Source: Octopus sinensis (Eukaryota). From it: 64,000 nucleotides of DNA. The notes under the pieces were generated by a model that worked only from the letters and a program-made list of their open reading frames with translations, did not search any database and was not told the DNA's origin. A program made the translations under genes and the position numbers. Positions 49,866 to 61,391 of the stretch are shown here, in pieces (position 1 is the stretch's first letter; each line of letters starts with the position of its first letter). The stretch covers positions 2,170,001 through 2,234,000 of the forward strand of contig NC_043011.1 in assembly GCF_006345805.1 (NCBI RefSeq). The letters are read 5' to 3'.

Positions 49866-50096
49866 CCTATTTCTTTACTACCCACAAGGGGCTAAACACA
49901 GAGGGAATAAACAAGGATAGACAAATGGATTAAGTCGATTATATCGACCCCAGTGTGTAACTGGTACTTATTTAAACGACCCCGAAAGGATGAAAGGCAA
50001 AGTGAAACTTGGCGGAATTTCAACTCAGAACGTAGCGGCAGACGAAATACTGCTAAGCATTTCTCCCAGCATGCTAACGATTCTGCTAGCTCACCA
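49866..50096 (-). mobile_element. SINE family B
   Basis: Reverse complement of family B. Confidence 0.88.
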
Positions 50097-50654
50097 TAAT
50101 CATGCTAGTATCTTCTGAGGCATGTTCTTTTATGTAGACATGGCTAATTTATAGTCACAGTAAAATAGGCATAGGGAAGAGCATTTGACATTAATTAATT
50201 CATCACCAACAGCAAGAACTTAACTGTCAATTCCCAGTGGTTTTAATTCTAAGTGGGGTGTAGAATACTCACTGCACTGGATCTTTTGATTGTAATATGG
50301 ATAAAGATGAATACAGCTGTATCACCATTACTCTTTCATGACCCCCATTGTTGTTTTCTTCTGTTACTCTAAATTATAGCAGGCTTTAAAGTATTTTCTC
50401 CCTAAATTCATTCTGTTACAATAGTAGCAATAAACAATGCAATTTTACTGAATGTAATTTACTGAAAAATTATAATGGAGTATCCTGTTTGTTGAAAACC
50501 TAAATGGTCTTATGCTTCTGAGGAGAGCAGTTTATTTCAAATTCATATAATACTTGCATTGATCAATTAAATGGAGCTACTTGAAATGGGTGTAATGTAC
50601 TAATACCTGGGCATGCTTGTTACTTATTTGCTATATATATATATATATATATAT

Positions 50655-51019
50655 ATCAAAATAAGCAACAGGATATCAAGTAGTGATGCAGTACAACCGT
50701 TTCAAGTGCCTCCATTTAAATAAACAATGCAATCCTTACATCAGTTGAAATGTAATGCCATCTTCAGCTGCACAAATAAATAAATAGAATTTTAACAAGT
50801 AGGACACATTAATATAATTTTTCTCAAATATTTAACAGAGAACTATTTGAGAAAACTTATATTAATGCGTCCTACTTGTTAAAATTCTGTTTATTTATTT
50901 GTGCAGCTGAAGATGTCACTGCATTTAAATTGATGTAATGATTGCATTGTTCAATTAAATGGAGCCGCTTGAAACAGTCGTACAACATCACTACTTGATA
51001 TCCTGTTGCTTATTTTGAT
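50655..51019. repeat. Long imperfect palindrome (arms about 176 bp, 13-nt spacer) between (TA)n runs
   Basis: Arms at 50655-50830 and 50844-51019. Each arm holds CTGAAGA…GAAAC-NNNN-GTA reading outward. Confidence 0.95.
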
Positions 51020-52100
51020 TTTAATCACTGATTATATATATATATAATATATATATATATATAAGGCGGTGCTTCAGCATGGCCGCAGTCAAATGACTGA
51101 AACAAGTATAAAAATATATATATATATGTATATATGTATGTATATATATGTATATATATACTCACACACATATATATAGGTAAATTGAAAATTAAATATA
51201 AGCAAAAACAAGAAAAGTCAAAATGACATACACATGTTATACATATATATATATATGCGCACACACATATACATGCTAACACACACATACACATGTGCAT
51301 TTGTGTGTGTGTGTGTGTGCACATGCGTGTGTATGTGTGTGCACATGCGTGTGTGTGTGCATTTGTGTCTGCACAGTGTATCATATGATCAGGAAGATAA
51401 TAGTAGTCAAAAAGCAAGAAATAAATTTTAAAATAATTTCATTTGAAAGAAAGCACCTTTTAATATAATTTATAAAGTAATATAATTTTTGATGACAGAG
51501 TTACTTTAGTTCAGAATTAAATGATGAATACACGCTTCTATTTTAAAAGAAAATAAAACGTACTAATGCAAGGAAGTGTGTGCATATTAGGAGGTATAAA
51601 TAACATGTTTGGCTAAAATAATAAATCAGCTTAGCTCTGCATATTTTCCTACTTGTACAATATTGATGCTACACTACTTGTTGTGGAAACCTTACAAATA
51701 TGCAATATTCTTTTACAATAGTCAGAAATGATTTGACTAACAGGTATCAGCCAATTGTTATGGCTGCTCTGTCTAAATTCTGTTTTCTACACTTAATATT
51801 GATTTATTTCTGAGCCACAAAACAATTGTATTTTAAAGTGTTTACAATCCATGAAATCAACTAACATATACTTTTATCAATTCCAGTAGGGAATCTGATA
51901 CCATTTAAACTACACAGGAATCGAACGTTTTCACAGTAGGCATTAAACAAAAGCTGCCAGTTATTTGCCCTAACCGTCTGCTATTTACGCTATGTTTTTG
52001 AAGAAATGCATGCTCCTGAAGTAGTGGTTCACCTTTGTATCACTGTCATAACAAAATATCATTTGTGGTATTTTTTTCTAACATGAGCCACAATGAATAA

Positions 52101-52139
<39 letters not shown>

Positions 52140-52319
52140 AAGCATAAATTTCTTTGAGATTTTTAACGTTTTTTCTTTTCCAGAATTCAAGCCAGTCACT
52201 AACAAAATGTCAAAGCTCTTTTTTGTTTTAAATCAAGATAGCTCCTGGAGTTTGTGGTTGAGTGAACTGGTTGATGTACACACAAATATAAATGTTTGAC
52301 TGTGCATGTGTGTGTGCAT

Positions 52320-52357
<38 letters not shown>

Positions 52358-52399
52358 ACTTTATTACTTTATTTCTCAATAAAGTGTGCACTTTATTAC

Positions 52400-52560
52400 T
52401 GTTTATGTGTTTTCAGGTGTACGTGTGTGTGTATGCCGTGTTCCTTTCTGTTGAAGAGCATAGGCTCAAAACTTAGAATACTTCCCAAGCGTCAAACTAT
52501 TACACCTGCTTGCTGTTTACACAACCGTCTTCGTCTTTTGTTTTTCTGTAAATTTCAACT
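52400..52560 (+). mobile_element. Short element with a variant hammerhead (family H, copy 2)
   Basis: 52444-52478: CTTT-CTGTTGA-A-GAGC-ATAG-GCTC-AAAA-C-TT-AGAA. The 3' part aligns with the copy at 49260-49415. Confidence 0.65.
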
Positions 52561-52596
52561 ATATATGTATATATATATATATAAATATATATATAA

Positions 52597-52643
<47 letters not shown>

Positions 52644-52760
52644 TATATATATATATATATATAAATATATGAATGAAATACTGTATGTGTCTCTTTAATT
52701 CTGTAGGCTCGCACATGCGTGACACATTTCTCATTATTCTGACGAGGTCTGCCATCAAAA

Positions 52761-53501
52761 TTAAAGAGACACATACAGTATTTCATTCACCGCATGCAGT
52801 TCTCAGGTTACAGCCATAAAGAAAGGATCAGAGTATACAAAGGAGCCATGAAGAAATTTGATAATATATTATGTAATGATAGGAATGGGATTTGCCCACT
52901 CTATAGGAACAAGTCATGGAACACTATAGAAAGGACAAAAAAGAAAATAGGGAAGGCCAACTCTTGGTATGATAGCCATAAATACCAGAGTGTCATGTTC
53001 GTTGACACCACCCCTGGAGGTGAACTGGCGTACTGCTTTAGAAGGACCCTAGATAAACTTAAACTAAGAATTAAGGTTGTTGAAAAGCCAGGCAACCCTA
53101 TCAAATCTATAATTGGTAGAACCTATCCTTTTAGTAGAACCCTCTGTATGGTTAACTATTGCACTGTATGTAGATTTAGCCCACAAACAAACTGTAAAGC
53201 CAGAAATGTAGTCTATTGTATAAGATGTATAGAGGGATGATGCAGTAACAAGACAGTAACATACGTAGGGGAAACGGCAAGAAGCATAGGAGAGCGGGTG
53301 AATGAACATTGGAGACAACTCAAGGAAGGTAAAAGCTCATCGATTCTGTACCAACACGCCGAACAGGAACACGGGGGATCAATCAATAACATAGAGATTA
53401 AGATAGTGTCCACACATAGAACAGATGCAACAATTAGACAAATTACAGAAGCTACACATATAATAGAAAATAAACCTAGCCTGAATAGAAAACTAGAATA
53501 G
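52761..53501 (+). pseudogene. PLE ORF remnant: RT thumb plus GIY-YIG endonuclease, one in-frame TGA
   Basis: [17 protein letters not shown]…YQSVMFVDTTPGGEL…[34 protein letters not shown]…QH…ITEATHI…LNRK. The two track ORFs (52794 and 53298) share one frame. Confidence 0.9.
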
Positions 53502-53627
53502 AGCAATAGCACACACCACAACATATGACGATAGAGGATCCCGAAAACATAATAAATACACAGATAAATAAACAAATAGAAATGAATAACTATATATATG
53601 TATATATATCTATGTATGTATATGTAT

Positions 53628-53659
<32 letters not shown>

Positions 53660-53674
53660 GTGTATATATGTGTG

Positions 53675-53721
<47 letters not shown>

Positions 53722-54085
53722 GTGTATATATGTGTGTATATGTATATATATATATAATTATTATTATTTTTTTTCGATTAGATTTATTATTATTATTACT
53801 AATATTGTTATTATACATACATACAAGCATATGTAATGATAATAATGGGTGGATGTAAACACATGAACAAAATTAGAACAAAAGCAACAACAACAAAAAC
53901 AAAATACAAATTACATGAATGTATATAAACAGAAGATACAAATATTACAGGCATCCCCCCCCACACACTAAATAAACATAGACGCACATAGAGATATAAG
54001 CATGCGCAAATGAAGACATACAATAGAAATACAAAATGGCTGACGGTTAGTAAGGAGAGACACAAATAAGTGAGAAGAAAACAAA

Positions 54086-54130
54086 GGACCACTGATGCGG
54101 TCACAGGAGTGTGACGAAAGAACTCTGGCC
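54086..54130 (+). ncRNA. Minimal type I hammerhead-like motif in PLE 3' terminus
   Basis: GGACCA-CTGATGC-G-GTCACA-GGAG-TGTGAC-GAAA-G-AA-CTC-TGGCC: A9 is changed to C; CUC cleavage triplet. Confidence 0.6.
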
Positions 54131-54270
54131 GAAATAAGATTAAGATTAATGTAAAAAATAAATAACACTGAAGCAAAGTAACACCAAATATATAGTGCAT
54201 GTGTTTTTATTGGCTAAACTGGCAAAATTACCATTCCGAAATATAACAATATATATATATATATATATGT

Positions 54271-54320
<50 letters not shown>

Positions 54321-54525
54321 ATTATAAGGGATCACAAGGCACCTACCTACTAGAAAGAGGAGTTAAAACCCTCATTTAAACTATTGATAACACCGAAAAA
54401 TATGACAGAAAATCAGCAGTAACTGGGCAAACAGACAAAAAAAAATTATTTTTTACATACCTATGTAGTCCAATGCTGTTTATTTTTATTTTATTTTATT
54501 TTTTTTTTTTTTGGTATTTAGATAT

Positions 54526-54577
54526 ACTTGGATCATGATTTCTGGTCTGGAAAATAGTCTCACCTTCATCAGCAACT
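54526..54577 (-). ncRNA. Type I hammerhead-like motif with palindromic stem III
   Basis: Minus strand AGTTG-CTGATGA-A-GGT-(15 nt)-ACC-A-GAAA-T-CATG-ATC-CAAGT: ATCATGAT palindrome and AUC triplet. Confidence 0.55.
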
Positions 54578-54863
54578 ATTACCAGTTGAAACAAACCTTT
54601 TCAACCCATCATGCTGAAGTCTGCTGACGCTCTGACTTTTGCTTCCTGTATCATACAATATCAGGCCTGTCGTGCTTACACCAGCTTGCTGTTTTTATTG
54701 GCTTGTTCTACAAATATTTTTTTAAAGGTGTGGGTACTTTCCATTTATAGAGTGTCTTTGGTTTGGTTATCTTGACAACGCTTCCTGTGTATAGCATTGT
54801 AAACAATGTCAAGTATCATGCTCTGATTGTAGATAGATTTTGATACATTTGGAGCTTAAAGTA

Positions 54864-56127
54864 CGAGGGGCGTTCAATAAGTAAGGCCCCTGACCCACTT
54901 CCCATAGCAGTAGAGCAACGAAACTTGGCACAGTTATTAGTCTTTTTCTACATAGGAACCACCCAGAGTTACGCATTTCTCCCATCGTTTGATGCAGCTC
55001 TGGAGACCGTTTTTGTAGAAGACCCCAGCTTGGTCCTCCAACCACGACGTGACTTTAGAAATCAAGGCTGCATCATCTGTGAAATGCTTTCCTTTCAAAA
55101 ACAACTTCATGATTGGGAATAGGTGAAAATCAGAGGGTGCAAGGTCAGGAAAGTAGGGGGGATGGGGAGGAGTTCATACCCATACGCCTGTGCTTTTGAT
55201 CTGGCGACAAGCGAGTTGTGGACCGGAGCGTTGTCCTGCAGGAGGAGGATGCCTTTGCTGATCTTGCCCCGCCTCTTGATTTTGATAACTTCTCTTAATT
55301 TCCTCAAAAGTGAAGCATAATAGGCTCCTGTAATTGTGGTACCCTTTGCCAGGAAATATGTCATCACTACTCCGTCCTGGTCCCAGAAGACTGTGCACCC
55401 TTGCCTTCTTTGGAGGGGGTGAGTCACGGTGCTTCCACTGCATTGACTGGGATTTGGTCTCTGGATCATCATGATGGACCCAGGTTTCATCCTGTGTAAT
55501 CAGTCTTTTGAAAAATTTTGACTCATCTTCTTGGCACATCTCCAAATTCACCCTCGAGCACTCGACGCGTTCTTGTTTCTGGAAAGGCGTGAGCAACCTG
55601 GGAATCCATCTGGCAGACACCTTTTGCATATGCAAATGGTCATGAATGATAGTTTCCACAGACCCGGTACTAATCTTGACCTCATGGGCTATTTGGCGAA
55701 TAATTATGCGTCGATCTTCCAAAATGGCAGCCTCAACTTGACGGACAGATGCCTCATCAATGGCAGAAGGGGTGACCAGATCTGGGAGCTGTTTCCACAG
55801 AGTTCTGACCATGTTTGAATTCACGATGCCAGTGTTTTACAAGGTCATATGATGGGGCATCATCACCATAAGTTACTTTCATTTCATCAAAAGTCTCCCG
55901 TGGTGTGCGTCCTTTCAAATACAAAAACCGGATCACTGCTCGACACTCAACAGGCTCCATTTCACACTTGACTCGGTTCAAACACCTGTAAATCAGAAAC
56001 CACAATGAATTCAGAGCTGTAATTTGCCACTTACTCTATAGAGATATAAATGATTGCACATGCAAAATTCCAGCTAGATCAAACAACTGCAAGTGGGTCA
56101 GAGGCATTACTTATTGAACGTCCCTCG
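54864..56127 (-). mobile_element. Full-length mariner (DD34D, irritans-like), transposase disrupted
   Basis: 33-bp TIRs (3 mismatches) at 54864-54896 and 56095-56127, with TA duplication at both ends. Encodes MEPVECRAVIRFLYLKG…, ITQDETWVH, LLQDNAPVH and a frameshifted HPPYFPDLAPSDF. Short internal deletion near 55395. Confidence 0.95.
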
Positions 56128-56324
56128 TATCGCTTGGTATGTTTTGCTGTATTATGTTCCACTTCTTCATGCTCTGACAGCAATACCTATGATGACATTG
56201 GGTGCCAAACATTTTGGGATTTGCCTTTCTTTTAAATTTCATCAGTAGAATAGAGTTGGTAGTCTTGGATGCATGAGGAGCTACTAAACTCATATGCACG
56301 TGTGTGTGCATACACACACACACA

Positions 56325-56401
<77 letters not shown>

Positions 56402-56650
56402 CATGGAGATCTGTTATAATATTGTCCACCCTGCCATTTCATTGGTTTTCAGACGACTTATCACTCCTCTCTTTCGAGAATATATGGCTCCAGCTCCTAT
56501 TCTGCATGTCTTCATTCATCCTATTCCTATTCCAAAGAATGGTAGGATCTCTCTGAAGGGAATAGCTGCATATTCCTGACTTATATTCTGGTACAATTTA
56601 GTGTACCGTTCTTATGTTATTTCTCCCAAATTTCTTTTGCATTTCTTAAT

Positions 56651-57070
56651 AGGTGCAGGTGTGACTGTATGATAAGAAGCTTGCTTCCTAACCACATGGT
56701 TCCGGGTTCACTCCCACTACATGTCATGTCACCTTGGCCAAGTGTCTTTTACTATAGCCTCAGATTGACCAAAGCCTTGTAAGTGGATTTGGTAGATGGA
56801 AGCTGAAAGAAGCCTGTTGTGTATGTGTGTGTGTATATAAGTGTGTGTAATTGTGTGTTTGTCTTTGTTTCTGTGTTTGGCTCTCACCACTGCTTCACAA
56901 CTGGTGTTGGTGTATTTATGTCCCTCGTAACTTAGCAATTTTGCAAAAGAGACCAATAGAATAAGTTGCAGGTTTAAAAAAAAAAGGAAAGGGTTGATTC
57001 ATTCAACTATACATTCTTCAAGACAGTGCCCCAACATGACTGCTGTCTAATGACTGAAACAAATAATAAT
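56651..57070 (+). mobile_element. SINE family A, older diverged copy
   Basis: Aligns with family A. Confidence 0.8.
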
Positions 57071-58237
57071 AAACAAAAAAAAAAATTTTAATTCTCCTAA
57101 GTCACTTTTATTTGTCTTGGGATCTCAATGTTTACTGCCTTGTAATTTGTTTTATTTTTGTTTTTGCCCTTCTTGAATTTTAGTACACTTCTTTTGCCCA
57201 GGATAGTATTTTCTTCCTTACATTTCCAAGATCAAGCACAGGCAGTCAAAGGCAGTATATGCTAAACAGTGAGTTGGAAAACTTGATTAACTGAGATTAC
57301 TCATAAAATTAGTGAACAAAAATTATTTTTAAACTATGGTATCTTTAAAAATCTATCAATAAAGGAAGATAACTTCATTAATATGAACTGAACCAAAGTT
57401 CTGGAAAATAAAGATATCCATTTACTATACCTTTGAAAGGAAATAGAATTCAAGGAAATGAGTGATGGTCTGCATTGGCAAACATTAAATAGAAAATGCT
57501 TGCAAAATAGGAGAAAAAGAAGTTTAATATTGAAGAGTTCTGCCAAAAATGTGAAACTTTGCATCTTCCTTATGGCTAAAATAATGCAGTCTTCAAGGTT
57601 ATGAAAACGATTATGAAAGCAGTTTATATCTTTGAAAGCAATGTCTTGCTTAATGACTATTCAATGACAGTAATCAGGAAAGAACACTGGGGCTATTGTA
57701 TGCATTAGTTCATTTGCAAGAAGAACACCACTAAGTACTTCATGTTATCTTGATTTTTTGAAGCAAGAATGGCTTGAGAAATCTACCTTTGTCTTTTGCA
57801 AAAAAGATTTCAATATAAATACTCATACAATATGTCCTTTCATCTTTTCGTAATAGCTATGAGCCAATAAGAAATTTATTTGTAGTTGTTTGACCTGTTA
57901 GAAATAGTTGCAAAATATTCCTAAATCACATCTTAGCTTCTAGAGAAAAGAATGGTATATCAAATAACGTATTCCTAGATACGTTGTGTCAGAAAATAAT
58001 ATAGGATGGTCATGGCTGGAATGTTTTTTGACTGTAAGTTTACTTCATCAAGTCTTATCTGCAGCTAAAAACAACAACAGCAACACCTTATATCAATATC
58101 TTAATATTAAATAGCATTTAGTTGTTAGATTGTGTATCATTGCCAACAATGCATACTACAATAATTTTCATTTCAGAGTTCACTCAACTGTATATAGTAG
58201 CAAATAGTAGCTTCTTTGATCAGCATATAGCAGTTTG

Positions 58238-58458
58238 AACTGGCTGACATGTTAGCGCACCAGGCGAAGTGCCTAGTGGTATTTCGTCTGTCATTAAGTT
58301 CTGAGTTCAAATTCTGCCGAGGTCAACTTTGTCTTTCATCCTTTCGGGGTCGATAGATAAATTACCAGTTTTGCACTGGGGTCGATGTAATCGACTTCAT
58401 CCCTTTCTCTGTCCTTGTTTGTCCCCTCTGTGTTTGACCCCTTGTGGGCAATAAAGAA
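58238..58458 (+). mobile_element. SINE family B
   Basis: Family B head and central block. Confidence 0.88.
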
Positions 58459-58638
58459 ATATATGTTCTAGTATCTGTTTACAGTGAGGAGGGCTGAGTA
58501 GAACTATAAAATCTATTTTCTGAAATTCTGTATTTACAACATGGTGGACTATATAGTGTTGAACTGTATTTGCTTGTGAAACTCTGTGGCACCAAATACA
58601 GCTGGATGTATTGCCTTCCTACGATATATATTAACTGC

Positions 58639-59059
58639 GGATCTTTTCGGTTTGAACGGCAGATTTTTCTAGCGGTGTCATATGAAATTGTCACCCATAA
58701 TTATGACCCTAGTATCGATCTATTGCATTTCAATCTATTTTAGGGTTATGGTTGGTTAGGGGTGGGGGGAAGGGTATCTTTTTTTCTTCACAAATGTAAA
58801 TAAACCCAATCTGTTTCTTAAATGAGGGACATATTCATACGGCACGAAATGTTTTTTACCTCAACAGACGTAATTGATTGGTGGAAATTGCAGAAATTGA
58901 AGCAAAAAAACAACAAATATCTTACAAACTATAGAATTTTCTCAATAAAGCCAAGAGAAAAAGACGTTTTATAAACACATTCTATGAGTATACGAAGTTT
59001 AAAATTTTTTAGTTACCTAGAAATTATGTTAAAAACTGCCGTTCAAACCGAAAAGATCC
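58639..59059. mobile_element. MITE, 421 bp, perfect 24-bp TIRs, 8-bp TSD
   Basis: GGATCTTTTCGGTTTGAACGGCAG … CTGCCGTTCAAACCGAAAAGATCC, flanked by TTAACTGC on both sides. GG-start TIR with an 8-bp TSD is compatible with Merlin, hAT or P superfamilies. Confidence 0.95.
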
Positions 59060-60255
59060 TTAACTGCTACATGAACTGGGTATAGACATAAACTGTTCCT
59101 CATAATATCTATTTATTGTTAAAGGCCCTGAACCACTGAGAATTAAGAGTATTTGTATAAAACACAAGAAAGCATTGTTAATAAGACATGCACCCTTATA
59201 TTAATTCTTTTATTATATGCTTGATATAATATCAGTTGAGCCAACTCTGTAACTTTCTGAATAAAACTTACTGCACCGGAATTTAATGCAAACCTAACTT
59301 CATTGAATACAAACTAAAGAAGAAAAATATATACTATAAGCAAGATGTTTGATGAAAAGTATGGCATAATTTAGTTATTCTTCCCTACTACACTGATAGA
59401 GTAGAAATCTTTCTTTGAGAAAAACCTTTTGACATTATCAGAATTTATTTCTATAAGATATTTACGTCTTCATCAATATGAATTGTGCACTGCAAATATT
59501 ACATTTGTGATGGCAAAGGACTATTTCATTGAACAAAATCTAATTTGCAGTCGATGCTTTTAGTACATAACCAGTGGGTTGTCCATTGCCAGTTATCAAC
59601 TCACAATAGGAAACCTTCAATGAATACTAACTTTGCTTTAGTGATATATTACCAGAGGAGGTGTTAGCCATGCTATGACATGGTCAACAAGGTCATTTGT
59701 GTTGCTTTATCATGTAAGAAAGAATCAATACAAAATGACCTTTTGGGTGAATGACATGAAAGTAAAAAGTAAATAAAAAAGATGAAAAAAAAAACAAAAC
59801 AAAAATGAGATAAATCTCCACCCCCCCACCCCCTATCATCACCACTCAAGAAAAAGGAAAAGAAAGACATTAAAATGGATGAATAGCAAATGCATAATTT
59901 TATCTTCTGTTTCATACATATGTTGATGTTATGATTGTTGCCAACACAATGAAGAGAATTCTTGGGGGTAGATATTCTCAGTGGGTGAATATTTCATAGA
60001 TATACTATATTTTACTGTATTTCTGATTCTTTTCTGTCATAATTGATCTATACACATGTGAATATACTACATTACATCCTACATACACATGTAGGAAGTA
60101 AATGTAGTAGTGTTTAAATGCATACCATTGTGTATTATCTGTGTAAATTTGTGTATGTGTGTGTACAAGTATGCAGATGTGAATAAAAATTTTATATCAT
60201 ACACATGCAAAGACACATATACACACTCACATTTTCAAAAACCAAACATACACAC

Positions 60256-60691
60256 AGGCGCAGGAGTAGCTGTGTGGTAAGTAGCTTGCCTACCAACCAC
60301 ATGGTTCTGGGTTCAGTCCCACTGCGTGGCATCTTGGGCAAGTGTCTTCTGCTATAGCCCCGGGCCGACCAATGCCTTGTGAGTGGATTTGGTAGACGGA
60401 AACTGAAAGAAGCCTGTCGTATATATGTATATATATGTATGTATGTGTGTGTATATGTTTGTGTGTGTATATGTTTGTGTGTCTGTGTTTGTCCCCCTAG
60501 CATTGCTTGACAACCGATGCTGGTGTGTTTACATCCCGTCACTTAGCGGTTCGGCCAAAGAGACCGATAGAATAAGTACTGGGCTTACAAAAAGAATAAG
60601 TCCCGGGGTCGATTTGCTCGACTTAAGGCGGTGATGCAGCATGGCCGCAGTCAAATGACTGAAACAAGTAAAAGGGTAAAAGAGTAAAGAG
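60256..60691 (+). mobile_element. SINE family A, complete
   Basis: Aligns with family A. Confidence 0.9.
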
Positions 60692-60739
60692 TATACAAGT
60701 ATGCATAAACAGATATGGTGTAATATAACTAATCAGACA

Positions 60740-61097
60740 ATGTAGCAGTTAATGTAGCAGTTAATATATATCGTAGGAAGGCAATACATCCAGCTGTATT
60801 TGGTGCCACAGAGTTTCACAAGCAAATACAGTTCAACACTATATAGTCCACCATGTTGTAAATACAGAATTTCAGAAAATAGATTTTATAGTTCTACTCA
60901 GCCCTCCTCACTGTAAACAGATACTAGAACATATATTTCTTTATTGCTCACAAGGGGCCAAACACAGAGGGGACAAACAAGGACAGACAAAGGATTAAGT
61001 CGATTACATCGACCCCAGTGTGAAACTGGTACTTTATCTATCGACCCCGAAAGGATGAAAGGCAAAGTCGACCTCGGCAGAATTTGAACTCAGAACT
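60740..61097 (-). repeat. Inverted copy of 58297-58638 (SINE B 3' part plus unique flank), lacking the MITE
   Basis: About 185 bp of flank is identical by eye; the SINE part differs at 10 positions. Confidence 0.92.
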
Positions 61098-61338
61098 TTA
61101 TTGGTTGAGAGTTTCTCTACGGAAATGTAATTACAGAAATACAAAGGCTTGTTCACCATTTAATATCCAAGTTCTATGCTGGCATGGGTTGGATGGTTTA
61201 GCAGGGTCCATGCTTCAGTATCTGCATTGACATGGCCGAAGCAGGAATCAATCGTCAGACCCATAATTCTAAGATTTAAATATTTGTATGTGTGAGTATG
61301 TATATGTACTTGCGATTGCAGGTGCATTCATACACTAC

Positions 61339-61391
<53 letters not shown>

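Larger units (their letters stand above)
52670..54250 (+). mobile_element. PLE family A, 5'-truncated with a 5' inversion
   Basis: RT thumb, Cys-rich linker and C-terminal GIY-YIG, followed by a long 3' region homologous to 150-800 that contains a hammerhead motif. Confidence 0.9.

Noticed and set aside
53238-53240. In-frame TGA beside a Cys in the PLE GIY-YIG domain as possible selenocysteine
   Set aside because: Selenoprotein PLEs are known among Naiads with N-terminal endonuclease, whereas this one is C-terminal. It is a single TGA in a truncated copy, and the ATGAC…AGAT segment after the stop does not fold into a SECIS by eye. A consensus with a conserved TGA plus a SECISearch hit would reopen it.
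58740-58765. TTAGGG-like motifs as an interstitial telomere
   Set aside because: Only two imperfect units, and they lie inside the MITE.
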